DNA of 64,000 nt. It comes from a virus. The stretch is taken from positions 27,338 through 91,337 of IMG/VR virus record IMGVR_UViG_3300014835_000071, one strand, 5' to 3'. A program made the translations under genes and the position numbers. Positions 1 through 10,697 of the stretch are shown here, in pieces. A model generated the notes under the pieces. The model was given only the letters and a program-made list of their open reading frames with translations. It was not told where the DNA came from and did no database searches. The stretch's first letter is position 1; each line of letters starts with the position of its first letter.

Positions 1-1
1 G

Positions 2-634
2 ACTATTATAACCGAACAGGTGGTATCAGATGGGACATTGCAGGTACCATTGACGAAAGTGACTCCAATGCGTTCAATTATTGAGAATGGGTATGTTGCA
101 ACTAATGTCAGTGATTGGAATTATTCAGATGGATTTCAATCAAGTATACCAACGACTTATGTACAAGCTGATGATATAGAAGTATTTGTTGGTGGCTACG
201 AAAACGAAGTTGAATGGGTACCAAATGTTAATTATTTAGTGGGTGCTATTGTGATAGTTGGTAGCTACGCTTATCGATGTGTGAATGCGCATATTAGTGG
301 AACGACATTTGGAATTAGTGTAGGTGATTGGGTATTTTTTATTGGTAATATTAGGCTTAAAAACCGTCCATACCGAGTTCATAATATAAACGTACATCCA
401 GTTAGTCCATTCGGTGATTTGCAATTTGACGCTGATTTTGCCGTTGATGGTATTACCTCGTCATTGTATTTAACTAATAGATTAACACCTGGTACAATCG
501 TTACTGTTATTAAAAGAACTGGTGAAGAATGGGGCAATGCCAATATTCAACAAGATGAGCGTAATATGATGACATTTTTAAAATCGGTGCCTGGTATTTG
601 GTATACGGAGATGAAGCAAATACCATTAATGTAA
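2..634 (+). CDS. C-terminal end of a large virion structural protein (5'-truncated by window), contains a CBM5/12-like motif
   Basis: Frame is open from base 2 to the TAA at 632-634; W-x6-Y-x2-G...Y-x-C-x3-H-x-S...W motif at 215-331; directly upstream of tail genes. Confidence 0.65.
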   Translation, partial: TIITEQVVSDGTLQVPLTKVTPMRSIIENGYVATNVSDWNYSDGFQSSIPTTYVQADDIEVFVGGYENEVEWVPNVNYLVGAIVIVGSYAYRCVNAHISGTTFGISVGDWVFFIGNIRLKNRPYRVHNINVHPVSPFGDLQFDADFAVDGITSSLYLTNRLTPGTIVTVIKRTGEEWGNANIQQDERNMMTFLKSVPGIWYTEMKQIPLM

Positions 635-656
635 TTTTTTGATAACTGGGACAATG

Positions 657-664
657 ACTAAATA
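657..664 (+). promoter_or_regulatory. Putative late promoter (ACTAAATA)
   Basis: TAAATA core like the T4 late promoter TATAAATA, 20 nt upstream of ATG 685; motif recurs at similar spacing before other genes. Confidence 0.55.
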
Positions 665-684
665 TAATCATAAGAGAGATTACT

Positions 685-1281
685 ATGCAGACTAATGAGT
701 TTACAGGAATATATATAAGGGGTCATATTAAGATATATGATCCCAATACCAACGAAGTATATCGAGATCAGCCGAACAGTATTCATTATGAAAATATGAG
801 TATTGCGTTAGCGGAAAGTATGGCAAATAATAGCCAGGGTGTAGTTCAATCAATGGCATTTGGTAATGGTGGTACGACTATAGATCCAACTGGTATTATT
901 ACATATCTTACGCCAAATAGTGCTGGGTATAATGCTAGTTTATATAACCAAACTTATGCGAAAGTGGTAGATGGTAATTCATCAAGCAATGTAGATCCTA
1001 CCCGAAATTTTATTGAAACTCGCCACGTAACTGGTACTAATTACACCGATGTATTTGTGACATGTTTACTTGATTATGGTGAACCTAATGGGCAGAGTGC
1101 GTATGATACGACAAATAATAACGCAAGTGACTTTGTGTTTGATGAGCTTGGCTTAAAGTCAGCTGGTGGGTTGTTATTAACGCATGTTATGTTTCATCCA
1201 GTTCAGAAAGCACTTAATAGATTAATACAAATTGACTACACGGTTAGAATTCAAAGTTTAACTGGGTTGGCTGGAGTTTAA
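685..1281 (+). CDS. Baseplate/tail-associated structural protein (tail-collar-fibre N-terminal-like)
   Basis: 198 aa; AFGNGG and FDELGL...LLTHV.FHPVQK..NR.IQIDYTVRI motifs resemble fibre-attachment proteins; heads the fibre operon. Confidence 0.55.
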   Translation: MQTNEFTGIYIRGHIKIYDPNTNEVYRDQPNSIHYENMSIALAESMANNSQGVVQSMAFGNGGTTIDPTGIITYLTPNSAGYNASLYNQTYAKVVDGNSSSNVDPTRNFIETRHVTGTNYTDVFVTCLLDYGEPNGQSAYDTTNNNASDFVFDELGLKSAGGLLLTHVMFHPVQKALNRLIQIDYTVRIQSLTGLAGV

Positions 1282-1282
1282 T

Positions 1283-3418
1283 ATGTCATACGAAGTTAAA
1301 TTTACCGAAACGACAAACCCAGCGAAACCTGCGCTTATTGTAGAAGATCAATCACTTAATCAAGCCACTGATTTAACATTTGTTGGTAAAAATTATGCCG
1401 GGTATGCGCCAGTACTAGCTGAAAATTTCTTACATTTATTAGAAAATTTTGCTAAAACTACGGCGCCAATTAGGCCAGTACAAGGTCAATTATGGTATGA
1501 CAATACCCCCAAGGTAAATTTACTTAAGATATACGATGGTACTACTTGGACAGCGGCTGGTGCAGTTAAGAAGGCAAGTGCAGCGCCGTTAGTTGGCAAT
1601 AGTACAATTGGCGATATTTGGGTTGATACTGCTAATCAACAAATGTATTTATTTTCTGGATCAACTTGGTTATTAATTGGGCCACAGTATAGTGCTGGGT
1701 TGCAATCTGGCCCAATTGTTGAGACTATTATTGATATTAATAATGTAAGTCAAAGTGTTATATCATCGTATTCATCTGGTCGATTATTATCAGTAATTAG
1801 TGCTACATCATTCACACCAAAAGCATTTATAAATGGGTTTAATGTCATCAATACTGGTATTAATTTAAGTTCAGTTGATGCTAATAGTAGTGTATCACCG
1901 ATTAAATTTTGGGGCACCGCGAGTCAAGCAGATGCATTGTTGGTGAATGGCGCATTAGTAAACTCAACTAATTTCCTCCGAGCTGACGCGACAGTACCGT
2001 CTAATGTACAATTGAGTATTAGATCTGATAATGGGATTAATATTGGTAGTGATTTAAATTTTAGTATTCGTACTGATACCTCATCGACTATCTTTACTTC
2101 AAAAACTAATGGCAAGAGTATTGATTTTAAACTAAATGACCAAACCAACGTACTTCATTTAGATTCAAATTCAAAAGTTGGTATTAATAATACGCAACCG
2201 ACTGAGGCACTTGACATAATTGGTAATGTCACGGTTAGTGGCATGATTAAGATTACTGGATTGGCAGCATCTGATTCAATTGGTATCGGTAGTCTAATCA
2301 CTGCCGGTGGTATATCGGTTGCTAAAAAAGCTTCATTTGGTGGCGATCTAGCAGTATATGGTAAGCTATATGTCAATAATTTAAATAGTGATGGGGTACC
2401 GGTTGCTGGCGGTGTTATGTTACCTGGTTATACCACTAGTGCACCAGGACTGCCTTTATATGATATTGGCTCAACTACCCAGCAATTTAGAAATATATAC
2501 GCTCAACAATTCGTTGGTGATTTCACCGGTACATTTGCTGGTTCATTAACTGGTAATATTAGTGGTTCAGCTGCGAAATTAACTAGTCCGACAAACTTTA
2601 GTTTAGTCGGTGATGTCACTAGTGACACTGTATCATTTGACGGGCAGACACAGTCTGGTACTGCTATTTTCACTACTAGAATTAGTCAAGATATTATCAC
2701 TTCTAAAGCTGATGCGACTGGATCGTTGTTAACAGATAGTATGTTGATATACAGAGCTGGCATTGGGCTTCGGCAAACGACCAAGCAATCATTTATTGCT
2801 AATATCCCAGCAGTACCGATCGGTGCGATGTTTCCATTTGCTGGAGCAATACCGCCAAATGGGTATTTGTTATGTGATGGGAGTGAAAAGCTCAGTTCAC
2901 TTTATGCTGACTTATTTGCAATAATTGGGTATACCTATAAGGATTTCTTATCACTGAAAGGTGCTGGTACTTTTGGATTGCCTGATTTACGAGGTCGGTT
3001 TCCATTGGGTCGAGATAATATGGATAATAATACGGATGTTCCTGATATGAACAACCCAAATGTGCGGATCGACGCAGGTGGGGGTTCTGCAAATCGGGTA
3101 TCTTCAGCAGCCGCTGATCAATTAGGAAGTGGCGCTGGTAGTGAGTCATGCACATTGCAGTTGGGCAATTTGCCTGACCACAAGCATAATATGAGAACGA
3201 CCACCGCTCAGTACTATGCTGTTGGATTACCCGGAAGTGGCACGGATTCAGAGGCACCAACTAAAATAGGCATGCAACCATCGACTACTACCGCAAATGG
3301 GTTGAGACATAGTGGCGCTATATTGGCACCTGAAAACACTACATTGGGACAAGCATTTGTGATTACTAATCCATACTTGACCATCAATTATATAATTTTT
3401 ACTGGAAAGATGCTATGA
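1283..3418 (+). CDS. Tail fibre protein with C-terminal phage tail-collar domain
   Basis: 711 aa; PIGAMFPFAGAIPPNGYLLCDGSE...LFAIIGYTY...FGLPDLRGRFPLG is the tail-collar signature; N-terminal GKNY.GY...ENFLHLLENFA...GQLWYD module shared with next two genes. Confidence 0.85.
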   Translation: MSYEVKFTETTNPAKPALIVEDQSLNQATDLTFVGKNYAGYAPVLAENFLHLLENFAKTTAPIRPVQGQLWYDNTPKVNLLKIYDGTTWTAAGAVKKASAAPLVGNSTIGDIWVDTANQQMYLFSGSTWLLIGPQYSAGLQSGPIVETIIDINNVSQSVISSYSSGRLLSVISATSFTPKAFINGFNVINTGINLSSVDANSSVSPIKFWGTASQADALLVNGALVNSTNFLRADATVPSNVQLSIRSDNGINIGSDLNFSIRTDTSSTIFTSKTNGKSIDFKLNDQTNVLHLDSNSKVGINNTQPTEALDIIGNVTVSGMIKITGLAASDSIGIGSLITAGGISVAKKASFGGDLAVYGKLYVNNLNSDGVPVAGGVMLPGYTTSAPGLPLYDIGSTTQQFRNIYAQQFVGDFTGTFAGSLTGNISGSAAKLTSPTNFSLVGDVTSDTVSFDGQTQSGTAIFTTRISQDIITSKADATGSLLTDSMLIYRAGIGLRQTTKQSFIANIPAVPIGAMFPFAGAIPPNGYLLCDGSEKLSSLYADLFAIIGYTYKDFLSLKGAGTFGLPDLRGRFPLGRDNMDNNTDVPDMNNPNVRIDAGGGSANRVSSAAADQLGSGAGSESCTLQLGNLPDHKHNMRTTTAQYYAVGLPGSGTDSEAPTKIGMQPSTTTANGLRHSGAILAPENTTLGQAFVITNPYLTINYIIFTGKML

Positions 3419-5079
3419 GTTATATTATAAATAAAACAACTGGTGCTATGGTAACTGAGATTATTGATGGCTCCATTGATCAAACATCAACTGACTTAAC
3501 ATTAATTGGGAAAAATGCAACTTCATATGGTGAATTCTTAAATGAAAATTTAGTTCATTTATTAGAAAATTTCGCAAACACATCGCAACCGCCGTATCCT
3601 ATAGATGGACAATTATGGTTTGATACAGCTGAACGCCGATTGAAAGTATATGATGAATACATACATTCATTTAAAGTTAGTGGCGGTGCGTTTGTATCAC
3701 CGTCGGCACCAAGTTCAATCTCCGCTGGTGATTTTTGGGTAGACACTTCTAGAAAGCAATTATATTTTAATGATGGTATATCCACTGTCCTTGCGGGTCC
3801 ATTATATTCGGAGCAGCAAGGCATATCAGGTCTTCAAACTACTGACGTTATCGATAGTAATTTAAATAATCATACCGTAGTATTATTATATGTGGCTACT
3901 GCATTACTTGGTATTTTCAGTAAAGATGCGTTCACGCCAAAAGTTGCAATACCTGGCTTTACTGGTGATATACTAGTTGGATTTAACAGTGGTAATTATT
4001 CTAGTATGAAATTACACAGCAACGCATCTAGCGCAGATGCCTTGGTAGATCCAACTGATGGTAGTTTAAAAACAGCAATGGCTTTTGTTACAACTAATTC
4101 AGATTCGACTGTGGGTGGTACATTAACGATGCAATCATCTGTGCCATTGATTTTAGGACCATTTAGTAATACAGAAATACAAATAACTAATAATTCAACA
4201 AATATAAATTCAAACATAATAAATCAAAATTTTAATATAAAATTGTTAAACGCAAATGGATTGCTATCAGCGATAACAATCCTTGGTGCTTCTGAACATA
4301 TTGGTTTGTATACTGAATTTCCAACTGCTACACTGGATGTAAATGGCAGTGCTATTATCAGAGGTAGTTTAACAGTTACTGGTGAAATGACAAGCATCAA
4401 TACTACGAATTTATCAATTACCGACAAGATAATTGAATTAGGAAAAACAACCATCCCATCCAATACTACTGCCAATGGTGGTGGTTTCGCCGTAGTTGCA
4501 GGTGCTGATATTGACAAAACATTGACCTGGGATCTTGTCAATCATAGTTGGACTTCGTCAGAACATTTCAATATTCCAGCTGGTAAATGTTACAAAATAA
4601 ATGGCACAACAGTTTTGACTGAAAATACTTTGGCACCTGCTGTCACAGATTCAAGTTTAACTACAATTGGTACGTTGGTGGCATTGCAGGTTGCAAATAT
4701 AAATATTGATGGTTCTACTATAAGTTATTTAAATATATCACATACTGATGGTGATGTGGTAATAAAACCAAAGGGAACTGGTTCGGTTGACATTAATATG
4801 TCCCGTCTTATAAATGTTGCCAATCCAGTGGTGGGTACCGACGCAGTTACCTTGGCATCTATGATGACTGCAATATCAAATGCCCCATTGGCAATTTCAT
4901 TGGATGCAACTGGATTGAGCAATCCAGAGATCGTTAGTAATTATCTGATTAAAGTATTCCCAATAAGTGAGCATTACCCAGGAACGATGTGTCGAGTTAT
5001 ATGTACCGATGCTGGGATAGTCACTGTTCGGCTATTTATATTAAATTTTGGCGCTTGGACGTTTCAATCTATTTTATAA
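3415..5079 (+). CDS. Tail fibre/baseplate protein, paralog of flanking genes
   Basis: 554 aa; same N-terminal module (GKNATSYGEFLNENLVHLLENFA...GQLWFD); ATGA overlap with upstream gene. Confidence 0.75.
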   Translation: MSYIINKTTGAMVTEIIDGSIDQTSTDLTLIGKNATSYGEFLNENLVHLLENFANTSQPPYPIDGQLWFDTAERRLKVYDEYIHSFKVSGGAFVSPSAPSSISAGDFWVDTSRKQLYFNDGISTVLAGPLYSEQQGISGLQTTDVIDSNLNNHTVVLLYVATALLGIFSKDAFTPKVAIPGFTGDILVGFNSGNYSSMKLHSNASSADALVDPTDGSLKTAMAFVTTNSDSTVGGTLTMQSSVPLILGPFSNTEIQITNNSTNINSNIINQNFNIKLLNANGLLSAITILGASEHIGLYTEFPTATLDVNGSAIIRGSLTVTGEMTSINTTNLSITDKIIELGKTTIPSNTTANGGGFAVVAGADIDKTLTWDLVNHSWTSSEHFNIPAGKCYKINGTTVLTENTLAPAVTDSSLTTIGTLVALQVANINIDGSTISYLNISHTDGDVVIKPKGTGSVDINMSRLINVANPVVGTDAVTLASMMTAISNAPLAISLDATGLSNPEIVSNYLIKVFPISEHYPGTMCRVICTDAGIVTVRLFILNFGAWTFQSIL

Positions 5080-5080
5080 G

Positions 5081-5088
5081 ACTAAATA
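5081..5088 (+). promoter_or_regulatory. Putative late promoter (ACTAAATA)
   Basis: Identical to the motif at 657; 23 nt upstream of ATG 5112 with GAGG Shine-Dalgarno between. Confidence 0.55.
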
Positions 5089-5111
5089 CACTAGCATGAG
5101 GAAAATATAAG

Positions 5112-6620
5112 ATGTCATATATCATCAACAAATATAACGGCGATCAAGTAGCTATCGTGACAGATGGTACCATTGATACCACACTTGACGTTAAATTAAT
5201 AGGTAAAAATTACGCAGGGTACGGCGAAACTCAGAATGAAAATTTAGTTTTCATGCTTGAAAACTTTGCCCATACATCAGCTCCTTCTAAGCCCATGAAA
5301 GGTCAAATTTGGTTTGACAGTGGCACCAGTAAGTTGAAATTTTTCGATACTGGGGCAAAATGGAGAACCACAGGTGGCGCAGAAATCGGACCAACCCCGC
5401 CACTTGGCTTGACTATTGGAGATTTTTGGTTTGATACTCTCAATAAGCAATTAAATGCCTGGGATGGTGCTACTTATGTATTAGTTGGACCACAAGCTGC
5501 TGGTACTGCGACAACTGAAATGGTATCTAAAAATGTACAAGATACTAATGATACTAGCCATCCCATTATTGCGGCAATGGTTAACGGTGAGACCGTTTTT
5601 ATTATTAGTCATGATGCGGAATTTACATTGGCTAACACTCATCATATTGATGGCTATGGTAGCATTCAAAAAGGTATTACATTACGTAACACATATGATA
5701 CGCTCAATCCAGGCCAGACTTCCACTGATGCTAGATTTTGGGGAACTACGACCAATTCAGATAGATTGGGTGGATTTTTAGCCAGTGAATTTGTAAGAAC
5801 AAATGCTGCTAGTTTTGCCAATTTAGTAAACTTTTCCGACAATGGGTATACAGTTGGAAGTCCAACTGCTAGATTGCGTGTATTTAATGATTCACAAACT
5901 ACACCAACTATTTCTAATATAATTTCTGATACGATAGTATTTAAGACAACTAATACCGCAACCAATGTGACAGAAACGCCATTGGTGTTAAAAAATGCCA
6001 ATATATTACCAGGTGCTAATTTAAATTCAGATATTGGGTCAACTAATTTGCAATTTAATAGCATATATGCCACTACCTTGGTGGGAACTGCTAACCAAGC
6101 TAGTGCGTTGGCGGTTGGTACTGCTTATAAAACTGCCAGCATTGCGACTAGTCCAGGAACTATTGTTGCTAGAACAAGTACTACTGAGACAGTTAATGGC
6201 GTGACTATAACAGCTGGTTCCATACGGGCAAATTATTTTGTTGGTGTTGCCACGACTGCGTATTATGCCGATTTGGCAGAGAAATATTTAGCTGATAGCG
6301 AATATGATCCGGGTACGGTTGTGATGGTCGGCGGTGATGCCGAGGTTACTGCCGCAAATGTTGGTAGTACACCAATCGGTGTAGTTTCGTTAAATCCAGC
6401 TTATATGATGAATAGTGAATTAATAGGTGGTACGTATATTGCATTAGCTGGGCGAGTTCCAGTTAAAGTAGTTGGTGTGGTTAACAAAGGTGATTTATTA
6501 GTAGCTACCGATGATGGTATCGCTATTGTATCAGTAAATTCATCCGCGTATGTATTTGCTATTGCACTTGAAAGCAGTGAAAATGCTCAAATTAAATTGA
6601 TAGAATCAGTTATTTTATAA
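5112..6620 (+). CDS. Tail fibre protein with C-terminal Peptidase_G2-like intramolecular chaperone domain
   Basis: 502 aa; shared N-terminal module; C-terminal YYADLAEKY...YDPGTVVMVGG..EVT...IALAGRVPVKV.G.V.KGDLL motif. Confidence 0.8.
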   Translation: MSYIINKYNGDQVAIVTDGTIDTTLDVKLIGKNYAGYGETQNENLVFMLENFAHTSAPSKPMKGQIWFDSGTSKLKFFDTGAKWRTTGGAEIGPTPPLGLTIGDFWFDTLNKQLNAWDGATYVLVGPQAAGTATTEMVSKNVQDTNDTSHPIIAAMVNGETVFIISHDAEFTLANTHHIDGYGSIQKGITLRNTYDTLNPGQTSTDARFWGTTTNSDRLGGFLASEFVRTNAASFANLVNFSDNGYTVGSPTARLRVFNDSQTTPTISNIISDTIVFKTTNTATNVTETPLVLKNANILPGANLNSDIGSTNLQFNSIYATTLVGTANQASALAVGTAYKTASIATSPGTIVARTSTTETVNGVTITAGSIRANYFVGVATTAYYADLAEKYLADSEYDPGTVVMVGGDAEVTAANVGSTPIGVVSLNPAYMMNSELIGGTYIALAGRVPVKVVGVVNKGDLLVATDDGIAIVSVNSSAYVFAIALESSENAQIKLIESVIL

Positions 6621-6635
6621 TACAAAAGGACAGTT

Positions 6636-9600
6636 ATGCCAGGCCAACTCACACCGATATACTCAGCGGATTACAATGATATCCAGACAAAACTTGCGCA
6701 AATTTTAGGTGTTGGGTCAGGTGAGTTTGGTTATGGACAGACTATAACTAGTGTCCAATCAGTGCCAAGAACTCCAATTACTGCATCAATGTGGAATAAA
6801 TTGCGAGATGATTTGGTACGAGTACGAAAACATCAAACTGGTGCTAATGAAAGTCTTAATTTAATCGAGATAACAAACTCGACTGAGGTTTCGGAATCTA
6901 TTAGAGTTGCGTATGACGGCATGGCAAATTTGGTACAGACTGATCGATTTTTAATAGGTGAATATTCGTTAGAGGTATTGAAGACCAGTGTTTACAGCAA
7001 TGAATGGAACAATACATTGACACAAGTTATAACTGTAAATTTCACTGATGCTGAAGCTATTCGATTTTTCTTTAATACCGGCGGGACAATTGTATTTGTA
7101 TCTTCTAGAGAGGGGGGCACTGCTAATACTAAAAATAATTCATGGACTTCTTTGTTGGCCAACATGGGCACTATTAAGATGGGTCGAGCTACTACCATTG
7201 CTACCGGCACTGGTCACGCATTCCAACTTGGTTGGTCTGGGTTATCAGCAACCGACCAGGTGATATTTGAAAAAGTATCTGAAAATCAAACATATGCGGC
7301 AAATAAATATAATATATATGCCAAGAAGGGCACTAGTGGTCAGCTAATATTTACTGTAAATTTTGCTGACTTGTCTACCACTGATGCGGTGGATACGAGA
7401 TATGGATATGATGAAAACATAGATGGAACAATAAGTGTCATAGTTAAAGCTATTAGAGCAAGTGGTGCTAATATATCAATTACTGCCCCAGTAGCAACTG
7501 CCACTGCGTTCACCGGTGGGGCTAAGATAATACCAGCACCGTTGGTTTTTGCATCAATTGTCAGTGATAAATCAGATAATACCGCTATAGATGAAGGCAT
7601 GTATACTGCAACAATTACTATTGATACCATAAATGTAGAAAGTGGAACTAAATTTTTCTGGAAAACACGTGGCGTTGTGACAACAGCGGATTTTACAGAT
7701 GGTGTAAATTCTGGCAGCTTTACTATAAATAATGTCAATAGTGTTGATCACAAGGGTTCGTATACATTCACTAGACAAGCAACCGCTGATTTGTCTACTG
7801 AGGGTGCAGAATCATTTGGTATTGACATATACAACGCACTGCCAGGTGGGACGATTGGTACCAGTAAAGTGGCAGCAACCCCCAATTTGATCAAAATCAA
7901 TGACACCTCTGTAAATGTTCCTTCGTATCTTAGTGTGGCGGTAACGCCTAATCCAGTTGACGAAGGGCAAAGTATCAACGTTACAGTAAGGACAGCTGAT
8001 TTTGTTGTCCCGACCAATTTATTCTGGTCATTGGATGCAATTGGTGGGACTACTTTCATTGGTGCTGACTTGGTTGACCCTTTGAAAATTACAGGTACAT
8101 TCCAGATTACTGCTACCAACGTTGTAACTTTTACGATACAGATATTAGCTGATCATTTTACTGAAGGAGTTGAGACTTTCAAAGTGAATATTCACAGTGG
8201 TGATAGTGGCGGTCCAGTCGTATTATCTAGTACTACTATTACTATAAAGGATACCTCTACAAATTATATTGCACAATTGACTTTTCCTGATTCAACTAAA
8301 CGAGTGGGTGTTCCAACCCAGTTCGTAATTTCCGGTGGTGCACCATCGGACACAGTGACATTGACCGATAGTGTAGATAATCAATTGCTTGACCAATCAC
8401 CAGCTACGTTATCAATTACTGGTGAATTAAGAGGTAGCGTTACTTTTAGGACTCCTACTTCATCGGGAGTGACCCATCGGGTCACTGCACATTTTACCAA
8501 TACACCCGCTGATGTTACTGTAACCGTACCTGTATTTAGTATAACATTCAATGCCTTCAGTGTGAATCCAGTCTCAATCCACCCAGGTGCCACTTCCGTG
8601 ATTTCTTTCATAGTCAACAACGCAAATGGGTTACCTGTATTACTATACTTCAATGATACACTACAGGATACCAAGACAGCTACTAGCAATATATTTAATT
8701 TCCAATATACCACGTTAAATACATTGGCAGCTAATACGTATGTAATAACGGCAAAATGCGCTGATATTGTTTCATCTTATTCATCAACATTGACAGTTGG
8801 TTATACGGAAATTGTGACATTTCCAACCACTGTGGTGAAAGGTGTTTCTACACCTTTCACCGTAACTAATGCAATGCCAAATGATACTATGACATTGACC
8901 AACACGAAGCTTGGTATGCTGGCTCACTCATTCGATGGGATCACATCAGCTGGTACTACTCCGTCAAATGCTGTCTTCTCGTTGCTGGCGGTGGGTGAAG
9001 ATACAATCACGGTGAGTTTTGCTGGTACTACTCATATCTATACTCGTACAATAACAGTTACGGCACCTGTGATAAAACTCAATAATAGTACAGCAGCAAT
9101 AACTGTATCGGAAGGCGAAACTGTGGCAGTGACAGTCATTGGTATATCAATTGGTACTGTTTTATATTGGAAAATAATTCCTGGTACACAACCGGTCGTG
9201 GGTGCCGATTTTGATCCAGCTGGCTTAACCGGTACGGCACCTGTGTCAGTCACTACTACTGTGGCATTTGATGTCAAGATAACAACTGACTCAGTTAGTG
9301 AAAGTATTGAGACGTTCACAATTGGTGTGTGGGGAAATAGTACTTATGTGGGGGATGCGGAAGCTATTTCGGCAATTGTTTCTATTACCAATGTACTAGG
9401 CGTGTCATTTAGTGCAATCATAGCGACTCCGCCTTCTATTACATTCGGTGCCACTTCAACTATTTCATTTACTGTTTATAATAACGATGGTAACGCCATT
9501 TACCTCAGATTTAACGATAATCAAATAACAGTATTCAATCCTACTAATACTAGCTCATTTCCCGTGACGTATATAACCCAAACCAACTTGGTAGTTGGCC

Positions 9601-10697
9601 AGTATTCAATAACTGCCGCTTGTTCTGGCGTCACCTCAACACCTGCTGTAGCATTAACCGTTACATCAGTGACATCTATACCACCAGTGACAACTCCGCC
9701 ACCAGTGGCAACTCCGCCACCAGTGGCAAATCCTGCATATAGCGTAACAACCACTGCGACTAGCTTTGAGGAAGGTTCACCGATAGCCTTCACCATATCT
9801 GCAGTAAACGGCGGGGGTTGGGGAACAATGTACTGCAGAATAATTTCTTCGGTCACTCTATCCCTTGCTACATACGGTATAACGGATTGGGTTAACCCCG
9901 TACCAACGCCAGGAGATAACGTTAACCGTTCTGGTAGTTTCACCATAACAACATCAGCAACAGCGGGTACTTTACATACATATGCTTTCTATGTTAGATT
10001 GTATGCTAATAGTGCTGAGGCTGAGGCTGATAACACTAACCTAGCGCAAAGTTCAACGATAGCTATAACCGCTGCCGCGTCGGGTGGGGGTGGTACTGGT
10101 ACTGTACCACCCGCTAGGACTGCTGTAGTAACAGTAAATAGTGGGGGATCACCTCAGGATGTGGAAAAAATGCATGAATTTAACTGGCAAGTTACCGGAG
10201 GGCCACCTGGTGGCGCAGGATACTATGAGTCAGCGTTCACACCTTCGACTTCATTTGCACTTGACTCCAGTGGTGACTATAGTGGCTATGGTAGACTAGA
10301 CCAGGGTGTTATCTGGTCGGTAAGCTTTAGCGACACAACTTATACAGTTCCGGGCTTCGTTATTACTGCCAGATACTGGAACATCACCACTGCCGGTGCG
10401 TGTGGCATCACTGTACCCACCGGGCGCATTGTGTATTTTTCAATCTCCAATGCACCGCCGAATAGCAATTGGACATCAACTAACGTGGTCGGCGTTAATA
10501 ATCCTTATATCACCAGTGACTCGTGTAAAGTCCCTGGTACCACCGGCAATACCGATGCCATTGGTAACGGTAGCTACCAATGGGATTCTACCGGCACCGT
10601 TGCTGGCGACATATTCGGTTTTATTGTGTTTCCAGGTTATGGCGCACATTCACCTGCCGATGGATTACGCACATTATTCCAGGTCACATTAATATGA
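6636..10697 (+). CDS. Large fibre/adhesin-like virion protein with Calx-beta-like Ig-fold repeats
   Basis: 1353 aa, Thr/Ser/Val rich; repeats of type (D/E)EG...LFW...ADF...G.F...D..TEG.E.F; N-terminal ~300 aa paralogous to next gene (both contain YGYDENIDGT); AAGGA RBS. Confidence 0.75.
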   Translation: MPGQLTPIYSADYNDIQTKLAQILGVGSGEFGYGQTITSVQSVPRTPITASMWNKLRDDLVRVRKHQTGANESLNLIEITNSTEVSESIRVAYDGMANLVQTDRFLIGEYSLEVLKTSVYSNEWNNTLTQVITVNFTDAEAIRFFFNTGGTIVFVSSREGGTANTKNNSWTSLLANMGTIKMGRATTIATGTGHAFQLGWSGLSATDQVIFEKVSENQTYAANKYNIYAKKGTSGQLIFTVNFADLSTTDAVDTRYGYDENIDGTISVIVKAIRASGANISITAPVATATAFTGGAKIIPAPLVFASIVSDKSDNTAIDEGMYTATITIDTINVESGTKFFWKTRGVVTTADFTDGVNSGSFTINNVNSVDHKGSYTFTRQATADLSTEGAESFGIDIYNALPGGTIGTSKVAATPNLIKINDTSVNVPSYLSVAVTPNPVDEGQSINVTVRTADFVVPTNLFWSLDAIGGTTFIGADLVDPLKITGTFQITATNVVTFTIQILADHFTEGVETFKVNIHSGDSGGPVVLSSTTITIKDTSTNYIAQLTFPDSTKRVGVPTQFVISGGAPSDTVTLTDSVDNQLLDQSPATLSITGELRGSVTFRTPTSSGVTHRVTAHFTNTPADVTVTVPVFSITFNAFSVNPVSIHPGATSVISFIVNNANGLPVLLYFNDTLQDTKTATSNIFNFQYTTLNTLAANTYVITAKCADIVSSYSSTLTVGYTEIVTFPTTVVKGVSTPFTVTNAMPNDTMTLTNTKLGMLAHSFDGITSAGTTPSNAVFSLLAVGEDTITVSFAGTTHIYTRTITVTAPVIKLNNSTAAITVSEGETVAVTVIGISIGTVLYWKIIPGTQPVVGADFDPAGLTGTAPVSVTTTVAFDVKITTDSVSESIETFTIGVWGNSTYVGDAEAISAIVSITNVLGVSFSAIIATPPSITFGATSTISFTVYNNDGNAIYLRFNDNQITVFNPTNTSSFPVTYITQTNLVVGQYSITAACSGVTSTPAVALTVTSVTSIPPVTTPPPVATPPPVANPAYSVTTTATSFEEGSPIAFTISAVNGGGWGTMYCRIISSVTLSLATYGITDWVNPVPTPGDNVNRSGSFTITTSATAGTLHTYAFYVRLYANSAEAEADNTNLAQSSTIAITAAASGGGGTGTVPPARTAVVTVNSGGSPQDVEKMHEFNWQVTGGPPGGAGYYESAFTPSTSFALDSSGDYSGYGRLDQGVIWSVSFSDTTYTVPGFVITARYWNITTAGACGITVPTGRIVYFSISNAPPNSNWTSTNVVGVNNPYITSDSCKVPGTTGNTDAIGNGSYQWDSTGTVAGDIFGFIVFPGYGAHSPADGLRTLFQVTLI
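9681..9733 (+). repeat. Three 18-bp tandem units encoding a PPV(T/A)TP proline linker
   Basis: ccaccagtgacaactccg / ccaccagtggcaactccg / ccaccagtggcaaatcc, in frame within the 1353-aa gene. Confidence 0.9.

Noticed and set aside
9681-9733. Short direct repeats as a CRISPR array
   Set aside because: No spacers; contiguous 18-bp coding units for a proline linker; no cas genes.
10580-10693. N-terminal extension of the 1187-aa ORF
   Set aside because: Overlaps the upstream gene by 118 nt; ATG 10694 gives an ATGA junction and aligns with the paralog's N-terminus.
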